Shown: one piece after another, positions 48,580-57,930 of the stretch
How the letters are laid out: every line of letters starts with the position of its first letter
How positions within the stretch are numbered: position 1 is the first letter of the stretch
Origin: Gemmatimonadota bacterium
Lineage (GTDB): Bacteria; Latescibacterota; UBA2968; UBA8231
DNA: 64,000 bases
Direction: 5' to 3'
Assembly (NCBI GenBank): GCA_018660835.1
Contig: JABJJN010000011.1
Coordinates: 26,489 to 90,488, forward strand
Position numbers and translations under genes: made by a program
The notes under the pieces: model-generated
Database searches by the model: none
What the model saw: the letters and a program-made list of their open reading frames with translations, nothing else
Told to the model about the DNA's origin: nothing

Positions 48580-48996
48580 GTGACCCAACCTACTCGTGAG
48601 ACTCGTGTACTGGCCTGCGGGACCTTCGACCTGTTGCACCCTGGCCACGAGTCGTTTCTACAGCAAGCGGCGGCGCTTGGGGATGAGTTGTGGGTCGTGG
48701 TGGCACGCGATCAAAATGTCGAACGCCTGAAGGGCCGGTTGCCGGCGCAACCTGAGGCAAAGCGCCTGGCCACGGTCAGTTCATTGAGTGTCGTGAAGCA
48801 AGCACAGCTCGGATTGCCTGGAAAGAATTTTCTGAAGGTTGTTGAGCAGATCAGGCCTGATGTCATCGCCTTGGGATACGACCAGAGAGTTCCCACTGGT
48901 TTGGCGGCTGCCTTTCCAGGTTGCAGGCTTGTTACTCTCGACGCCCACGAACCGCAACGGTTCAAGACATCCCTATTGCGTCAGGATGACTCATGA
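48580..48996 (+). CDS. Cytidylyltransferase-family protein, RibL/FAD synthase-like
   Basis: GTFDLLHPGH, VVVARD, IRPDVIALGYDQ. Confidence 0.82.
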   Translation: MTQPTRETRVLACGTFDLLHPGHESFLQQAAALGDELWVVVARDQNVERLKGRLPAQPEAKRLATVSSLSVVKQAQLGLPGKNFLKVVEQIRPDVIALGYDQRVPTGLAAAFPGCRLVTLDAHEPQRFKTSLLRQDDS

Positions 48997-49484
48997 TCGG
49001 CCTGTGTTCTGATATCCATGACAACATCTGGGCTCTCGAACGAGCGCTACCTCTCTTGGCGCCGGCGCAGGTCGTCGTCTTCTGTGGTGACTTCTGTGCG
49101 CCCTTCACTCTCGCTCAATTGGCCGAAGGGGTCTCTCCCAGACCCCTGCATGTCATCTGGGGAAACAACGATGGTGATCGCCATGCCTTGACGCGTGTGG
49201 CAGGGGCGTTCGATCACGTTCATCTGCACGGGGAATTCGCGACGCTGGAGCTACTGGGCAAGCAGGTCTTGGCGACGCACTATCCAGACATCGCGCGCCA
49301 TCTCGTACAGGGATCAGCGGCCGATATCGTCTGCTACGGACACGACCATATCGCGCACGAGGAGCGAGTTGGCGAGACCCTTCTGGTAAATCCTGGAGAG
49401 GTCATGGGTCGCCTGGGACGTCGAACGATTGCGCTGATTGAACCTTCGCCGTCTAACTCGGTCGAATTTGTCGAATTCGACTGA
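48993..49484 (+). CDS. YfcE-family metallophosphoesterase
   Basis: SDIHDN, CGD, GNNDGD, YGHDH, VNPGE. Confidence 0.9.
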   Translation: MIGLCSDIHDNIWALERALPLLAPAQVVVFCGDFCAPFTLAQLAEGVSPRPLHVIWGNNDGDRHALTRVAGAFDHVHLHGEFATLELLGKQVLATHYPDIARHLVQGSAADIVCYGHDHIAHEERVGETLLVNPGEVMGRLGRRTIALIEPSPSNSVEFVEFD

Positions 49485-49528
49485 CGCGTCAGCGTCAGCG
49501 TTCTGACAAGCTGTTACTGGATGCGAAC

Positions 49529-50707
49529 TCAAGACAGATAGCCGAGATCACGCAAGCGCGCTCCCAGAACGTCCGCATCGATTCCATCCTCGAGTCCTGA
49601 TCGACAATACGTAGAACCAGCCAGCAACTGTCTCCTCACATGGGTCGCATCAAATCGTGGCGGTGACTCGAGTGGGACAGCCGTTGGATCGAAAGGGGTC
49701 GTCCACTGCCAGATGCCGCCAGGTTCGCGAATCGTGGCTTTCTGTGCCGCGTCGAAGACACTCCACCATACCTCGGTAGATGATTGCCCCGAGGCAGACG
49801 CAGGAGACAGTATCTCATCATCGCGTAGGCCGTGGGGTGTCGGTTCGATCTGAGCGAGGTAGGGTGATATCTCGGACACAGGTCGCAGCAGGTCGCGCCC
49901 AAAAGTCTCGACTGGCGGCACCTGCAATACGTCCCGCACGGTTGGAGCAAGATCGATCAGAGAACAGATCTCGCCGGGGCGTGCACTCTGATAGGGCACA
50001 TGAAGAAACAGTGGTACTCGCAGAACGTCGTGGTGCAGTGTTTGTCCATGATAGAGTTCCTCAGCCGTCCAGCGCTCCCCGTGATCACCAAAGAGCACGA
50101 TCGTCCAGCGACTCATGTCCAGGTTTTCGAGCAGGGGAGCGATCTTGAGTTCGAAACAGTCTTCCACCGCCTGTAGATATCGTTTCTCCACAAGACCGAT
50201 GTGCCCATCACGAACCAACTCAGCCGTTTCGCCGAGAGCCCGTGCGTCTGCTGCACCATAGGGGGCATGAGTACTCCAATAGTGCATGAATAGAGCCTGC
50301 TGATCGGCTCCCGGGCGTAACCAGGTCCTGAGCGCGGCAAGACCATCAGGCGCATAGGCTGAAACATCGCTCACAGTCGTCCCGATATCTACGCCACCTA
50401 GAATCGATGCCGCTTCCGAGAATGCGCCCACGTGATATCCAGCGTGGGAAAGTTCAGCCATCAGTCGGGGGATGCCGCGTCGACGCTGCCGACGATGCTG
50501 GCCGGTGATGCCATGCTCGAAGGGATACAGGCCGCTGAATACGGACTGATGGACAGGGCGGGTCGCTGTAGAGACTGAGAGACAGCGGTCTGTAAAAACG
50601 AAGTCCGCAGTGACCGAATCGAATTTCGGTGTTGTTAGCAGGTGGGGATGGGTGCGTCCCACCGCGTCCCACCGCAGGCTGTCAACGGACAGAAGCAGCA
50701 GGTTCAC
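49529..50707 (-). CDS. Sulfatase-like / alkaline phosphatase superfamily hydrolase
   Basis: LLSVDSLRWD, TRPVHQSVFSGLYP, THAPY, GDHGE, LRVPL, SLIDLAPT, RLRDLGYL. Confidence 0.85.
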   Translation of the reverse strand: MNLLLLSVDSLRWDAVGRTHPHLLTTPKFDSVTADFVFTDRCLSVSTATRPVHQSVFSGLYPFEHGITGQHRRQRRRGIPRLMAELSHAGYHVGAFSEAASILGGVDIGTTVSDVSAYAPDGLAALRTWLRPGADQQALFMHYWSTHAPYGAADARALGETAELVRDGHIGLVEKRYLQAVEDCFELKIAPLLENLDMSRWTIVLFGDHGERWTAEELYHGQTLHHDVLRVPLFLHVPYQSARPGEICSLIDLAPTVRDVLQVPPVETFGRDLLRPVSEISPYLAQIEPTPHGLRDDEILSPASASGQSSTEVWWSVFDAAQKATIREPGGIWQWTTPFDPTAVPLESPPRFDATHVRRQLLAGSTYCRSGLEDGIDADVLGARLRDLGYLS

Positions 50708-50750
50708 AGTCGGCGTCTCATTCTCAGTGCCCCTGTCAGGTCAAGTCGCG

Positions 50751-51854
50751 TCAGGTCAGAGCGCCACGTGTGGCAAGAGGCCAAACATCCTCAACCACGC
50801 CATGACGGATACAGACGAATTCATTGTGCAGATACGTCGTTGCGTCATGATAACCAGGCAGCAGGACCAGCCGGTCGCCGAAGCAAGGCATCGTTCCATC
50901 GGGCGTTCGCCGGTAAACTCCATGCTCAGCTGACAGATACTCGAATGACACACCCTCGGCGTCTAACAGACGCGGCGGATGATGAAAACTCCAGAGGGTC
51001 TTGAACCCCGCATCGGTCACGATGTGATCTTCGTGAACGCCTGTCACCGTCGTCAGCAGAGTCAGTGCGTATTGCAGTTCGGGCCCAACATTGCACGCCT
51101 CGCGATACATGGCATCCATGAAGATTCCGCCTCCTGCTTGTAACTCCGTCACGCCTGCCAGGTGGGCGGACCATTCATAGCAGCCTGTACCTCCAGCAGA
51201 AACGATTGGGACGTCGAGACCGCCCTCTGTCAGTTGTCTGCGAGCTTCGTCAAGATGCCCGATGGCAACTGCACATCGATCTGACTTTTCCTCTGGAGAA
51301 TCCTTGTACGTGTGTCCTTCAAATCCCATGATCCCTTCGAATCTGAGACCCTTCTTTGCTGCAACATGCTTGGCAAGTTGTAGAACTCGCGGACCGGGAA
51401 TAACACCGGTTCGATGCATCCCCGTATCCACATCGATCAGCACGGGAATGGTGACGCCTTCTGCCTGAGCGGACACCGATAGTAGATCGGCTGCCTCAGC
51501 ACAATCGACGATACCTATCACGTTGGCTCGATTCTGCAGGCGAGCGAGGCGATCTGCCTTCAGAGGTGAAGCCAGCTGATTGGCGACGAGAATCTGCTCG
51601 ACACCGGCATCAACGAAAATCTCAGCCTCAGACAGTTTCGCACACGTTAGACCGATCGCGCCAGCGTCGAGTAGCTTTCTGGCGACATCAGGCGATTTGT
51701 GGCCCTTGGCATGCGGTCGCCAATCAATGCCAAGACGTCTGCACGTCTCTGCAAGGTGTGAGACGTTGGCTTCAAAGCGATCCAGATCAACGAGCAGGAC
51801 CGGTGTATCGAGCGCATCGAGCGGCTGGCCGACGAGTGGGTGAGTGATGCTCAC
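50751..51854 (-). CDS. DSD1/D-threonine aldolase family PLP enzyme (fold type III)
   Basis: LDTPVLLVD, RPHAKGHKS, DTGMHRTG, SAGGTG, DAGFK, SAEHG; GTG overlaps the upstream stop. Confidence 0.88.
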   Translation of the reverse strand: MSITHPLVGQPLDALDTPVLLVDLDRFEANVSHLAETCRRLGIDWRPHAKGHKSPDVARKLLDAGAIGLTCAKLSEAEIFVDAGVEQILVANQLASPLKADRLARLQNRANVIGIVDCAEAADLLSVSAQAEGVTIPVLIDVDTGMHRTGVIPGPRVLQLAKHVAAKKGLRFEGIMGFEGHTYKDSPEEKSDRCAVAIGHLDEARRQLTEGGLDVPIVSAGGTGCYEWSAHLAGVTELQAGGGIFMDAMYREACNVGPELQYALTLLTTVTGVHEDHIVTDAGFKTLWSFHHPPRLLDAEGVSFEYLSAEHGVYRRTPDGTMPCFGDRLVLLPGYHDATTYLHNEFVCIRHGVVEDVWPLATRGALT

Positions 51855-52264
51855 GGCGTGCTGAACTCCACGCTGGAGATTACGAGGGCCGGTGATGTTG
51901 GTATGTGCAACTTGATGATCTGCTTTGGCCGGGACAGGGTTCCATGGAACGAGGCATTCATACCGTCCTGACCACGTTCCCACGATACAGCTTCCTGCGT
52001 CATGGACTCTTCGATACGGTCACCAACATAGACTTCTATGGCATCGGCACCGCGGCCTTCGGCACTCAGACCTGTCGTCGTCACGGTCAGTTGGAGAGAC
52101 CTACCGTCCGTGGGGACCTGGAAGGCCAGACTGCCGCCCGCATCGACGGCCATCATGCCCATCATGGGCGGTTGGGCCGTGAAAACTCGTTCTTCTTCCG
52201 CCGCGTCAGCCGGCGGTAGATCCACGGGGATGAAATACCAAGATTTGTATGCTACATCGGTCAT
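51851..52264 (-). CDS. Hypothetical protein (137 aa, beta-rich)
   Basis: Fills the operon gap; stop overlaps the next start. Confidence 0.65.
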   Translation of the reverse strand: MTDVAYKSWYFIPVDLPPADAAEEERVFTAQPPMMGMMAVDAGGSLAFQVPTDGRSLQLTVTTTGLSAEGRGADAIEVYVGDRIEESMTQEAVSWERGQDGMNASFHGTLSRPKQIIKLHIPTSPALVISSVEFSTP

Positions 52265-52294
52265 GTTGGTTCCATCGGGTCTTCTAGTACAAGA

Positions 52295-53242
52295 TCACTT
52301 GGCCTGAACCGGTTGATCAGGCCAGGCACTGGGATTTAGCAATTCAGGGTCATCAATATCGATTGTTTCCAAGGCGGCGACGAGGTCCGGCGGCAAGGGG
52401 CCGGCTTCGCATGCAACCAGGTTTTGCCGCAACTCCTCCTCGTGGGCGGTACCGACAATCGTGACGTCTCCGGCGCCGCCATAGAGGGCAAAGCGCAGAG
52501 CCATGTCTGACAGACTCAGATCCGACTCCGCCGCAAGCTGCGCCGCCGATTCTGCAGCGCGCGCCAATGCCGCCATCGAATCAGGTAAATCACGTCGCCG
52601 ATCTGAAAGCACACCTTGCAGGAAAACAGAGCGCAAGACGATCCCCACTCCATTGTTCCTGGCCCGAGGCAGAATCTGTGCACTCAAACGGCGATCGAGA
52701 ATACTGTAGGCAATCTGCAGAACTCTAACCTTCGCTTCGGCGAGTGCGTCGGCGGGGGCAGCCATGCCATATGTCGACGCTCCCCATGCACCAACCATGC
52801 CGCGATCCACCATGTCCTGCATGGCGCCGACGAGTTCATCGTGTAAGAAGGCGTCAGCGGCAGAATGGATCTTTAGAATATCGAGGCGTTCCGTCTGTAG
52901 CAGGCGAAGACTTCGTTGCACACTTGCTTCGATATGCTGCCGCTGGTCGGCGGCAGCAAGGGGACGGCCCTGCTCATCTCGCAGTGCCACCTTCGTTGCG
53001 ATCGTGGGTCTATCGGCTCTACTGCCAAAAGCTCGACCTACGAGCTCTTCACTGCGGCCATAGGCTGCTGCTGTATCTATGTAGCTGATACCCCCTGCAA
53101 CGGCCTGATGTAACAACTCAATACATACGTTGTCGGCGGGCGGCGGTTCCTTGGACAGGCCATAGGGGAGGCCCAATTCTACGGTGCCGAGCCCGAGACA
53201 GGATGTCTGGATTCGGGTCGTCCCTAACTCGACATGCTTCAT
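52295..53242 (-). CDS. Aldo/keto reductase
   Basis: LGLGT, IDTAAAYGRSE, IATKV, SLRLLQTERLDILKIH. Confidence 0.92.
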   Translation of the reverse strand: MKHVELGTTRIQTSCLGLGTVELGLPYGLSKEPPPADNVCIELLHQAVAGGISYIDTAAAYGRSEELVGRAFGSRADRPTIATKVALRDEQGRPLAAADQRQHIEASVQRSLRLLQTERLDILKIHSAADAFLHDELVGAMQDMVDRGMVGAWGASTYGMAAPADALAEAKVRVLQIAYSILDRRLSAQILPRARNNGVGIVLRSVFLQGVLSDRRRDLPDSMAALARAAESAAQLAAESDLSLSDMALRFALYGGAGDVTIVGTAHEEELRQNLVACEAGPLPPDLVAALETIDIDDPELLNPSAWPDQPVQAK

Positions 53243-54153
53243 GCCCCAGCTGCCTGGTGAGCTTGAATCGCCGCTTTCACGTGCCCCCCGTGTTCCTGCA
53301 GTGACTGTCTGGCTGCCACCGCGCCGATTTCACAGATGCTCATCACGAGGGCTACTTTTAGTTCGCCCGCAGCTTCTCCAAGAACTCTGGCCGCTTGATC
53401 AGGCGTCAGCGACGTCAGTTCACAGAGGATTCTGACCGTGCGATCCTTGAGCTTGTTGTTCGTCGGTTGAAGGTCGACCATCAGATTGCCGAAGGTCTTG
53501 CCCATGCGAATCATCGCACCTGTCGTGATCATGTTTAAGACCAGCTTTGTCGCCGTGCCCGCTTTCATGCGTGTTGATCCGGTCACAACCTCGGGCCCAA
53601 CCTCCGGTACGATGGCGACATCGACTTCGACCGAACGGGCAGCGGTCGGGCTGCAGGTGAAGAACAACGTGGCAGCGCCCGCGCTTCGCGCGTGCTCAAG
53701 TCCACCCAAGACCCACGGCGTGACCCCACTGGCGGCGATCCCGAGGACCACATCGTTTCCCCCCACGTTGAGCGCGTCTAATTGAGATGTTGCCCCCGTG
53801 CGATCATCCTCTGCTCCTTCCACAGCGCGAAACACAGCTCGCTCACCGCCGGCAATCAGGCCCTGCACCATCGTCGGATCGACACTATATGTCGGGGGGC
53901 ATTCAGATGCATCCAGAACACCGAGGCGACCGCTCGTACCAGCACCCAGATAGAGTAGACGGCCATCACGGCGGAAGGCTGCGACGACCAGATCGACGGC
54001 GGCGGCGATCTCCGCTAGAACGCGGCCTACGGCAGGTGCGACTTCTGCGTCTTGTGTGTTGATGATCCGAACCAGCTCGAGGGTCGAGACCTCGTCAATG
54101 TGGGCACTGGATGGATTGCGCTGTTCCGTTAACAGCGAGCCCCAGTCGGTCAT
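53239..54153 (-). CDS. murQ: N-acetylmuramic acid 6-phosphate etherase
   Basis: LTEQRNP, GAGTSGRLGVLDASECPPT, GPEVVTGSTRMKAGTATK, NLMVD. Confidence 0.96.
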   Translation of the reverse strand: MTDWGSLLTEQRNPSSAHIDEVSTLELVRIINTQDAEVAPAVGRVLAEIAAAVDLVVAAFRRDGRLLYLGAGTSGRLGVLDASECPPTYSVDPTMVQGLIAGGERAVFRAVEGAEDDRTGATSQLDALNVGGNDVVLGIAASGVTPWVLGGLEHARSAGAATLFFTCSPTAARSVEVDVAIVPEVGPEVVTGSTRMKAGTATKLVLNMITTGAMIRMGKTFGNLMVDLQPTNNKLKDRTVRILCELTSLTPDQAARVLGEAAGELKVALVMSICEIGAVAARQSLQEHGGHVKAAIQAHQAAGA

Positions 54154-54267
54154 CTTTATGTAGACCTCAAGTCAATGAATTCTCAGAAGGACGTTGGTAC
54201 GGGTCGACCACGAGTATAGGGGGGCTCTGACATGGCGGAAAGGGGGCTTCTTGGCACGCCCTTGCGA

Positions 54268-54296
54268 TTGTCGCACTGAAACGTCGAGTCTATATT
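54268..54296 (+). promoter_or_regulatory. Putative sigma70 promoter of valS
   Basis: TTGTCG-17-TATATT. Confidence 0.5.
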
Positions 54297-54442
54297 CAAC
54301 AGGTTATGCTGCAGTCTCTTAGAGGCCATAGAATAGCAACGATTCTGCCGCACCTTTTCCTGCTGTTATTCTCTTCCTGTTGCACCCTTCGCTGAACCCG
54401 GACTTTCGCCTTGCACCATCTACTGGATGGAATGAACCGCCC

Positions 54443-57211
54443 ATGTCCTCTGTGAACGACCTGCCCAGCACGTATGAACCTGGTGACTGTGAAGCCGAAT
54501 GGTATCAGCGCTGGGAGAATGCCGGTTACTTTCGCGCCCATGCCGATTCTGGTCGACCACCATTCTGTGTTACGATCCCGCCGCCAAATGTGACGGGTGA
54601 ACTACACATGGGGCATGCCATTCAGCACGCCATCCATGATGCGGTCATTCGTCGCAAGCGGATGCAGGGTTATGAAGCGCTTTGTCTGCCTGGGACTGAT
54701 CACGCCGGTATCGCTACGCAGATGAAGGTCGAAGAACAGCTTGCCCAGGAAGAAGGCAAAACGAGATACGATGTCGGGCGTGAGGCGTTGATTGAGCGGA
54801 TCTGGGCATGGCGCAAGAAATACGGTGACACGATCTATCAGCAACTGCGCAAGTTGGGCGCCAGCTACGACTGGGATCGGTCTCGCTTCACCCTGGATGA
54901 GGGTTATGTGGCAGCCGTGCTCACGGCCTTCGAACATTTTCAGTCTGAGGGTTGGATCTATCGTGGGACACGGATGGTCAACTGGTGTCCCAAGTGCGGC
55001 ACGGTGATCTCTGACCTGGAGACTGAAGAGCGAGACTTGCAGAGTCATCTGTGGCACATCCGCTATCCTGGCATCGACGATGGACCGGATGTCGTGGTGG
55101 CAACAACACGCCCTGAAACGATGCTCGGTGACACAGGCGTCGCCGTGCATCCGACGGATGCGCGCTGGAAAGAGGCTGTGGGCAAGCAAGTGCGTCTGCC
55201 ATTGATGGATCGTGCCATTCCGATCGTCGCCGACGACTACGCCGACCCCGAGATGGGAAGTGGTGCCGTCAAGGTGACACCGGCGCATGATCCAAATGAC
55301 TATGAAGTCGGTCAACGCCATGATCTGGAACAGATCATCGTCATCGGCTATGAAGGGGAGATGACGCCAGAGGCTGGAGCCTATTCAGGCCAGGATCGAT
55401 ATGCGTGCCGGAAAGCCGTTGTCGATGCGCTGGAAGAGGGCGGATTCCTTGTGAAGATCGAGGCACACGAACATGCCGTGCCGCATCATGACAAGTGCGG
55501 GACCGTCATCGAGCCACTGCCGATGGAGCAGTGGTTTATGGACATGACAACCCTGGCAGCAAAGATCCGCCCCACGATCGAACAGGGGAAAGTGCAGTAC
55601 GTACCGGAACGTTTTGGCGGCTATGCCCTGGAGTGGTTGGACAACATACGGGATTGGGCAATCAGTCGGCAGATCTGGTGGGGCCATCGGATCCCCGCGT
55701 ACTACTGCGTTGAGTGCAGTGGCGATGGTCTGCAGCCACTTGGAGGATTGTCACGTAAGAAGGCCCTTGCAGAGGGGGCTTTCCGCGTTTCCGTAGCTCA
55801 CGGTGCAAAGCCGATCGTGCAGGTGAACAAACCTGATTCGTGTCCTGACTGTGCTGGCACCAATCTGGTCCAGGATCCAGATGTCCTCGACACTTGGTTC
55901 TCTTCCGCGCTGTGGCCCTTCGCCACGTTGGGGTGGCCCGAGAAGACGACTGATCTGGCCTTTTTCCATTCCACGGATCTGATGATCACTGCTCGTGACA
56001 TCCTGTATCTGTGGGTCCTGCGAATGGTGATGACCGCCACCGAATTCCTCGGCGAGATTCCATTCAAGACTGTCCTCGTTCACCCCACGGTGCAAACGAA
56101 GGACGGCAAACGGATGAGCAAGAGTCTGGGAACCGGCCTTAACCCGCTCGACCTGGTGCGGCTATATGGGGCTGATGCAACCAGATACAGTCTGCTGAGC
56201 CAATGCGGGAGTTCACAAGACCTCCGATTCGACGCTGAAATCAAGGACAATCAGGTACAATCGAGCCTGTCAGCCGAGGCGGGGCGAAACTTTGGCAACA
56301 AGCTGTGGAATGCTGCTCGCTATGTACTTCTCGGTCTCGATGGTGCTACGACAGTCGCGGTACCTGCTCAGGTAGACACCCTGGCGGACCGTTGGATCCG
56401 CAGCCGACTGGCGCGCACGATTACACAGTTGGATGAAGCCTTCGAATCCTATCGATTCGCTGAGGTGACCCGCACGATCTATGACTTTCTGTGGCGAGAT
56501 TACTGCGACTGGTATATCGAGTTGGCCAAACCCAGACTTCTGCACGGGACCGCTTCGGACAAGGCAAAGGTGCAGGGGGTGCTGGTGCAGATACTTGAGC
56601 AGGCGCTGCGCCTAATGCATCCGATCATGCCGTTTATCACAGAACAGTTGTGGCAGCAATTACCCGCCACTGGCGACGAGCGGCACGACAGCATCATGAT
56701 CACGCAATGGCCGCAAGCGGCTGACGACATAGATCCGCAGGCGGAAGAGCAGATGGTGCTGTTGCAGGATGTGGTCACGGGCGTGCGCACGATTCGCAGT
56801 GAACTCAATGTTCCGCCGGCAAAGAAGATCGAGTTGATCTTCAATGCGGCCGATCAAGCCACAGTCGATCTTCTGGAAGCCTTCCAGTCAGACCTGCTGT
56901 CATTGAGCAATGGCAGCACCGTCACGATTGGCGTCAGCTTAGAGCAACCTGCAGCCTCGGGCAGTGGGGTTGTTCGAGATATCGAGATCTACATCCCGCT
57001 CGAAGGATTGATCGATGTGGGAGCTGAACGCCAGCGACTTGCAAAGGAAATTGCCAAATTCCAGGGCTTGCTCCGTAGCCTGGATGGGAAACTTGGAAAC
57101 GAGGGATTTCTGAAAAAAGCGCCGCCACAGGTCGTCGAGAAAGAGCAGAAACGTCGCCAGGAATACGCTGACACATTGAAGAAGCTCGAATCCAGTCTGG
57201 AGATGCTGTAA
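54443..57211 (+). CDS. valS: Valine--tRNA ligase
   Basis: PPPNVTGELHMGHA, ATTRPETMLGD, ISRQIWWGHRIP, DVLDTWFSS, RMSKS, C-terminal coiled coil. Confidence 0.97.
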   Translation: MSSVNDLPSTYEPGDCEAEWYQRWENAGYFRAHADSGRPPFCVTIPPPNVTGELHMGHAIQHAIHDAVIRRKRMQGYEALCLPGTDHAGIATQMKVEEQLAQEEGKTRYDVGREALIERIWAWRKKYGDTIYQQLRKLGASYDWDRSRFTLDEGYVAAVLTAFEHFQSEGWIYRGTRMVNWCPKCGTVISDLETEERDLQSHLWHIRYPGIDDGPDVVVATTRPETMLGDTGVAVHPTDARWKEAVGKQVRLPLMDRAIPIVADDYADPEMGSGAVKVTPAHDPNDYEVGQRHDLEQIIVIGYEGEMTPEAGAYSGQDRYACRKAVVDALEEGGFLVKIEAHEHAVPHHDKCGTVIEPLPMEQWFMDMTTLAAKIRPTIEQGKVQYVPERFGGYALEWLDNIRDWAISRQIWWGHRIPAYYCVECSGDGLQPLGGLSRKKALAEGAFRVSVAHGAKPIVQVNKPDSCPDCAGTNLVQDPDVLDTWFSSALWPFATLGWPEKTTDLAFFHSTDLMITARDILYLWVLRMVMTATEFLGEIPFKTVLVHPTVQTKDGKRMSKSLGTGLNPLDLVRLYGADATRYSLLSQCGSSQDLRFDAEIKDNQVQSSLSAEAGRNFGNKLWNAARYVLLGLDGATTVAVPAQVDTLADRWIRSRLARTITQLDEAFESYRFAEVTRTIYDFLWRDYCDWYIELAKPRLLHGTASDKAKVQGVLVQILEQALRLMHPIMPFITEQLWQQLPATGDERHDSIMITQWPQAADDIDPQAEEQMVLLQDVVTGVRTIRSELNVPPAKKIELIFNAADQATVDLLEAFQSDLLSLSNGSTVTIGVSLEQPAASGSGVVRDIEIYIPLEGLIDVGAERQRLAKEIAKFQGLLRSLDGKLGNEGFLKKAPPQVVEKEQKRRQEYADTLKKLESSLEML

Positions 57212-57927
57212 TGCGTCGCAGTTGGATTCTGGCGATACTCGTCTCCACCGCGTGCTGGGGGCAGTTTGCTCCTCCTCGGGTGATCGGTGTCATCAATCAA
57301 CCAAACTCTGGAACGCGAACGAAGAAGATGCTAGATGATCGCCGCTATCTGATCGATCATGGCATCGAGACGAGCATCTTCCGTGGTGATATCCTCAACG
57401 TGTATCGTGAGCAGCGTCTGTCGCGACGAATGCCCGAGCCCATGCGCTTGTTTATCGGGACGATGACGATTACGGACTCACAGCGTGGATCGAGTGTGGG
57501 TGTGTTCTCTCCGCATGAGCCGATGATGGCACAAGCGCTGATCAAGCTGAAGACTTCACTGAAAAACGATATCGTCGTCCCCCGTCTCCTTCTGGATTCG
57601 GGTGTACTCTTCGATCCCGGTGAATTCGCTTTGAAGCCGCGGGCGCAAGCAGAGTTTGCCAAGGTCGCCCAATTCGTGCAGTTGTTTTCACCGGCAAAGC
57701 TGGTCATCGAAGGACACACCGACAGTGATGGCGAAGATGTCTCCAATTTCCGTTTGTCCGAACAACGAGCGGGAGAAATCCGTCAGTATCTGATCAACAA
57801 CTACGCCTTTATCAGTGCTGCCATGATCGAGGCGCGGGGGTTTGGTGAGTCGCGGCCACTGGTGAGCAATGATACCCCGGAGAACAAGGCACTGAATCGG
57901 CGTATCGAAGTCATCATCTGGGAATAG
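57211..57927 (+). CDS. OmpA/MotB-family peptidoglycan-binding protein
   Basis: Signal peptide; IEGHTDSDG, NFRLSEQRA, GFGESRP, NRRIE. Confidence 0.9.
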   Translation: MRRSWILAILVSTACWGQFAPPRVIGVINQPNSGTRTKKMLDDRRYLIDHGIETSIFRGDILNVYREQRLSRRMPEPMRLFIGTMTITDSQRGSSVGVFSPHEPMMAQALIKLKTSLKNDIVVPRLLLDSGVLFDPGEFALKPRAQAEFAKVAQFVQLFSPAKLVIEGHTDSDGEDVSNFRLSEQRAGEIRQYLINNYAFISAAMIEARGFGESRPLVSNDTPENKALNRRIEVIIWE

Positions 57928-57930
57928 GGC

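Noticed and set aside
54297-54442. T-box leader upstream of valS (also considered for cysS)
   Set aside because: No GGTGG(A/T)ACC T-box consensus or terminator in either leader
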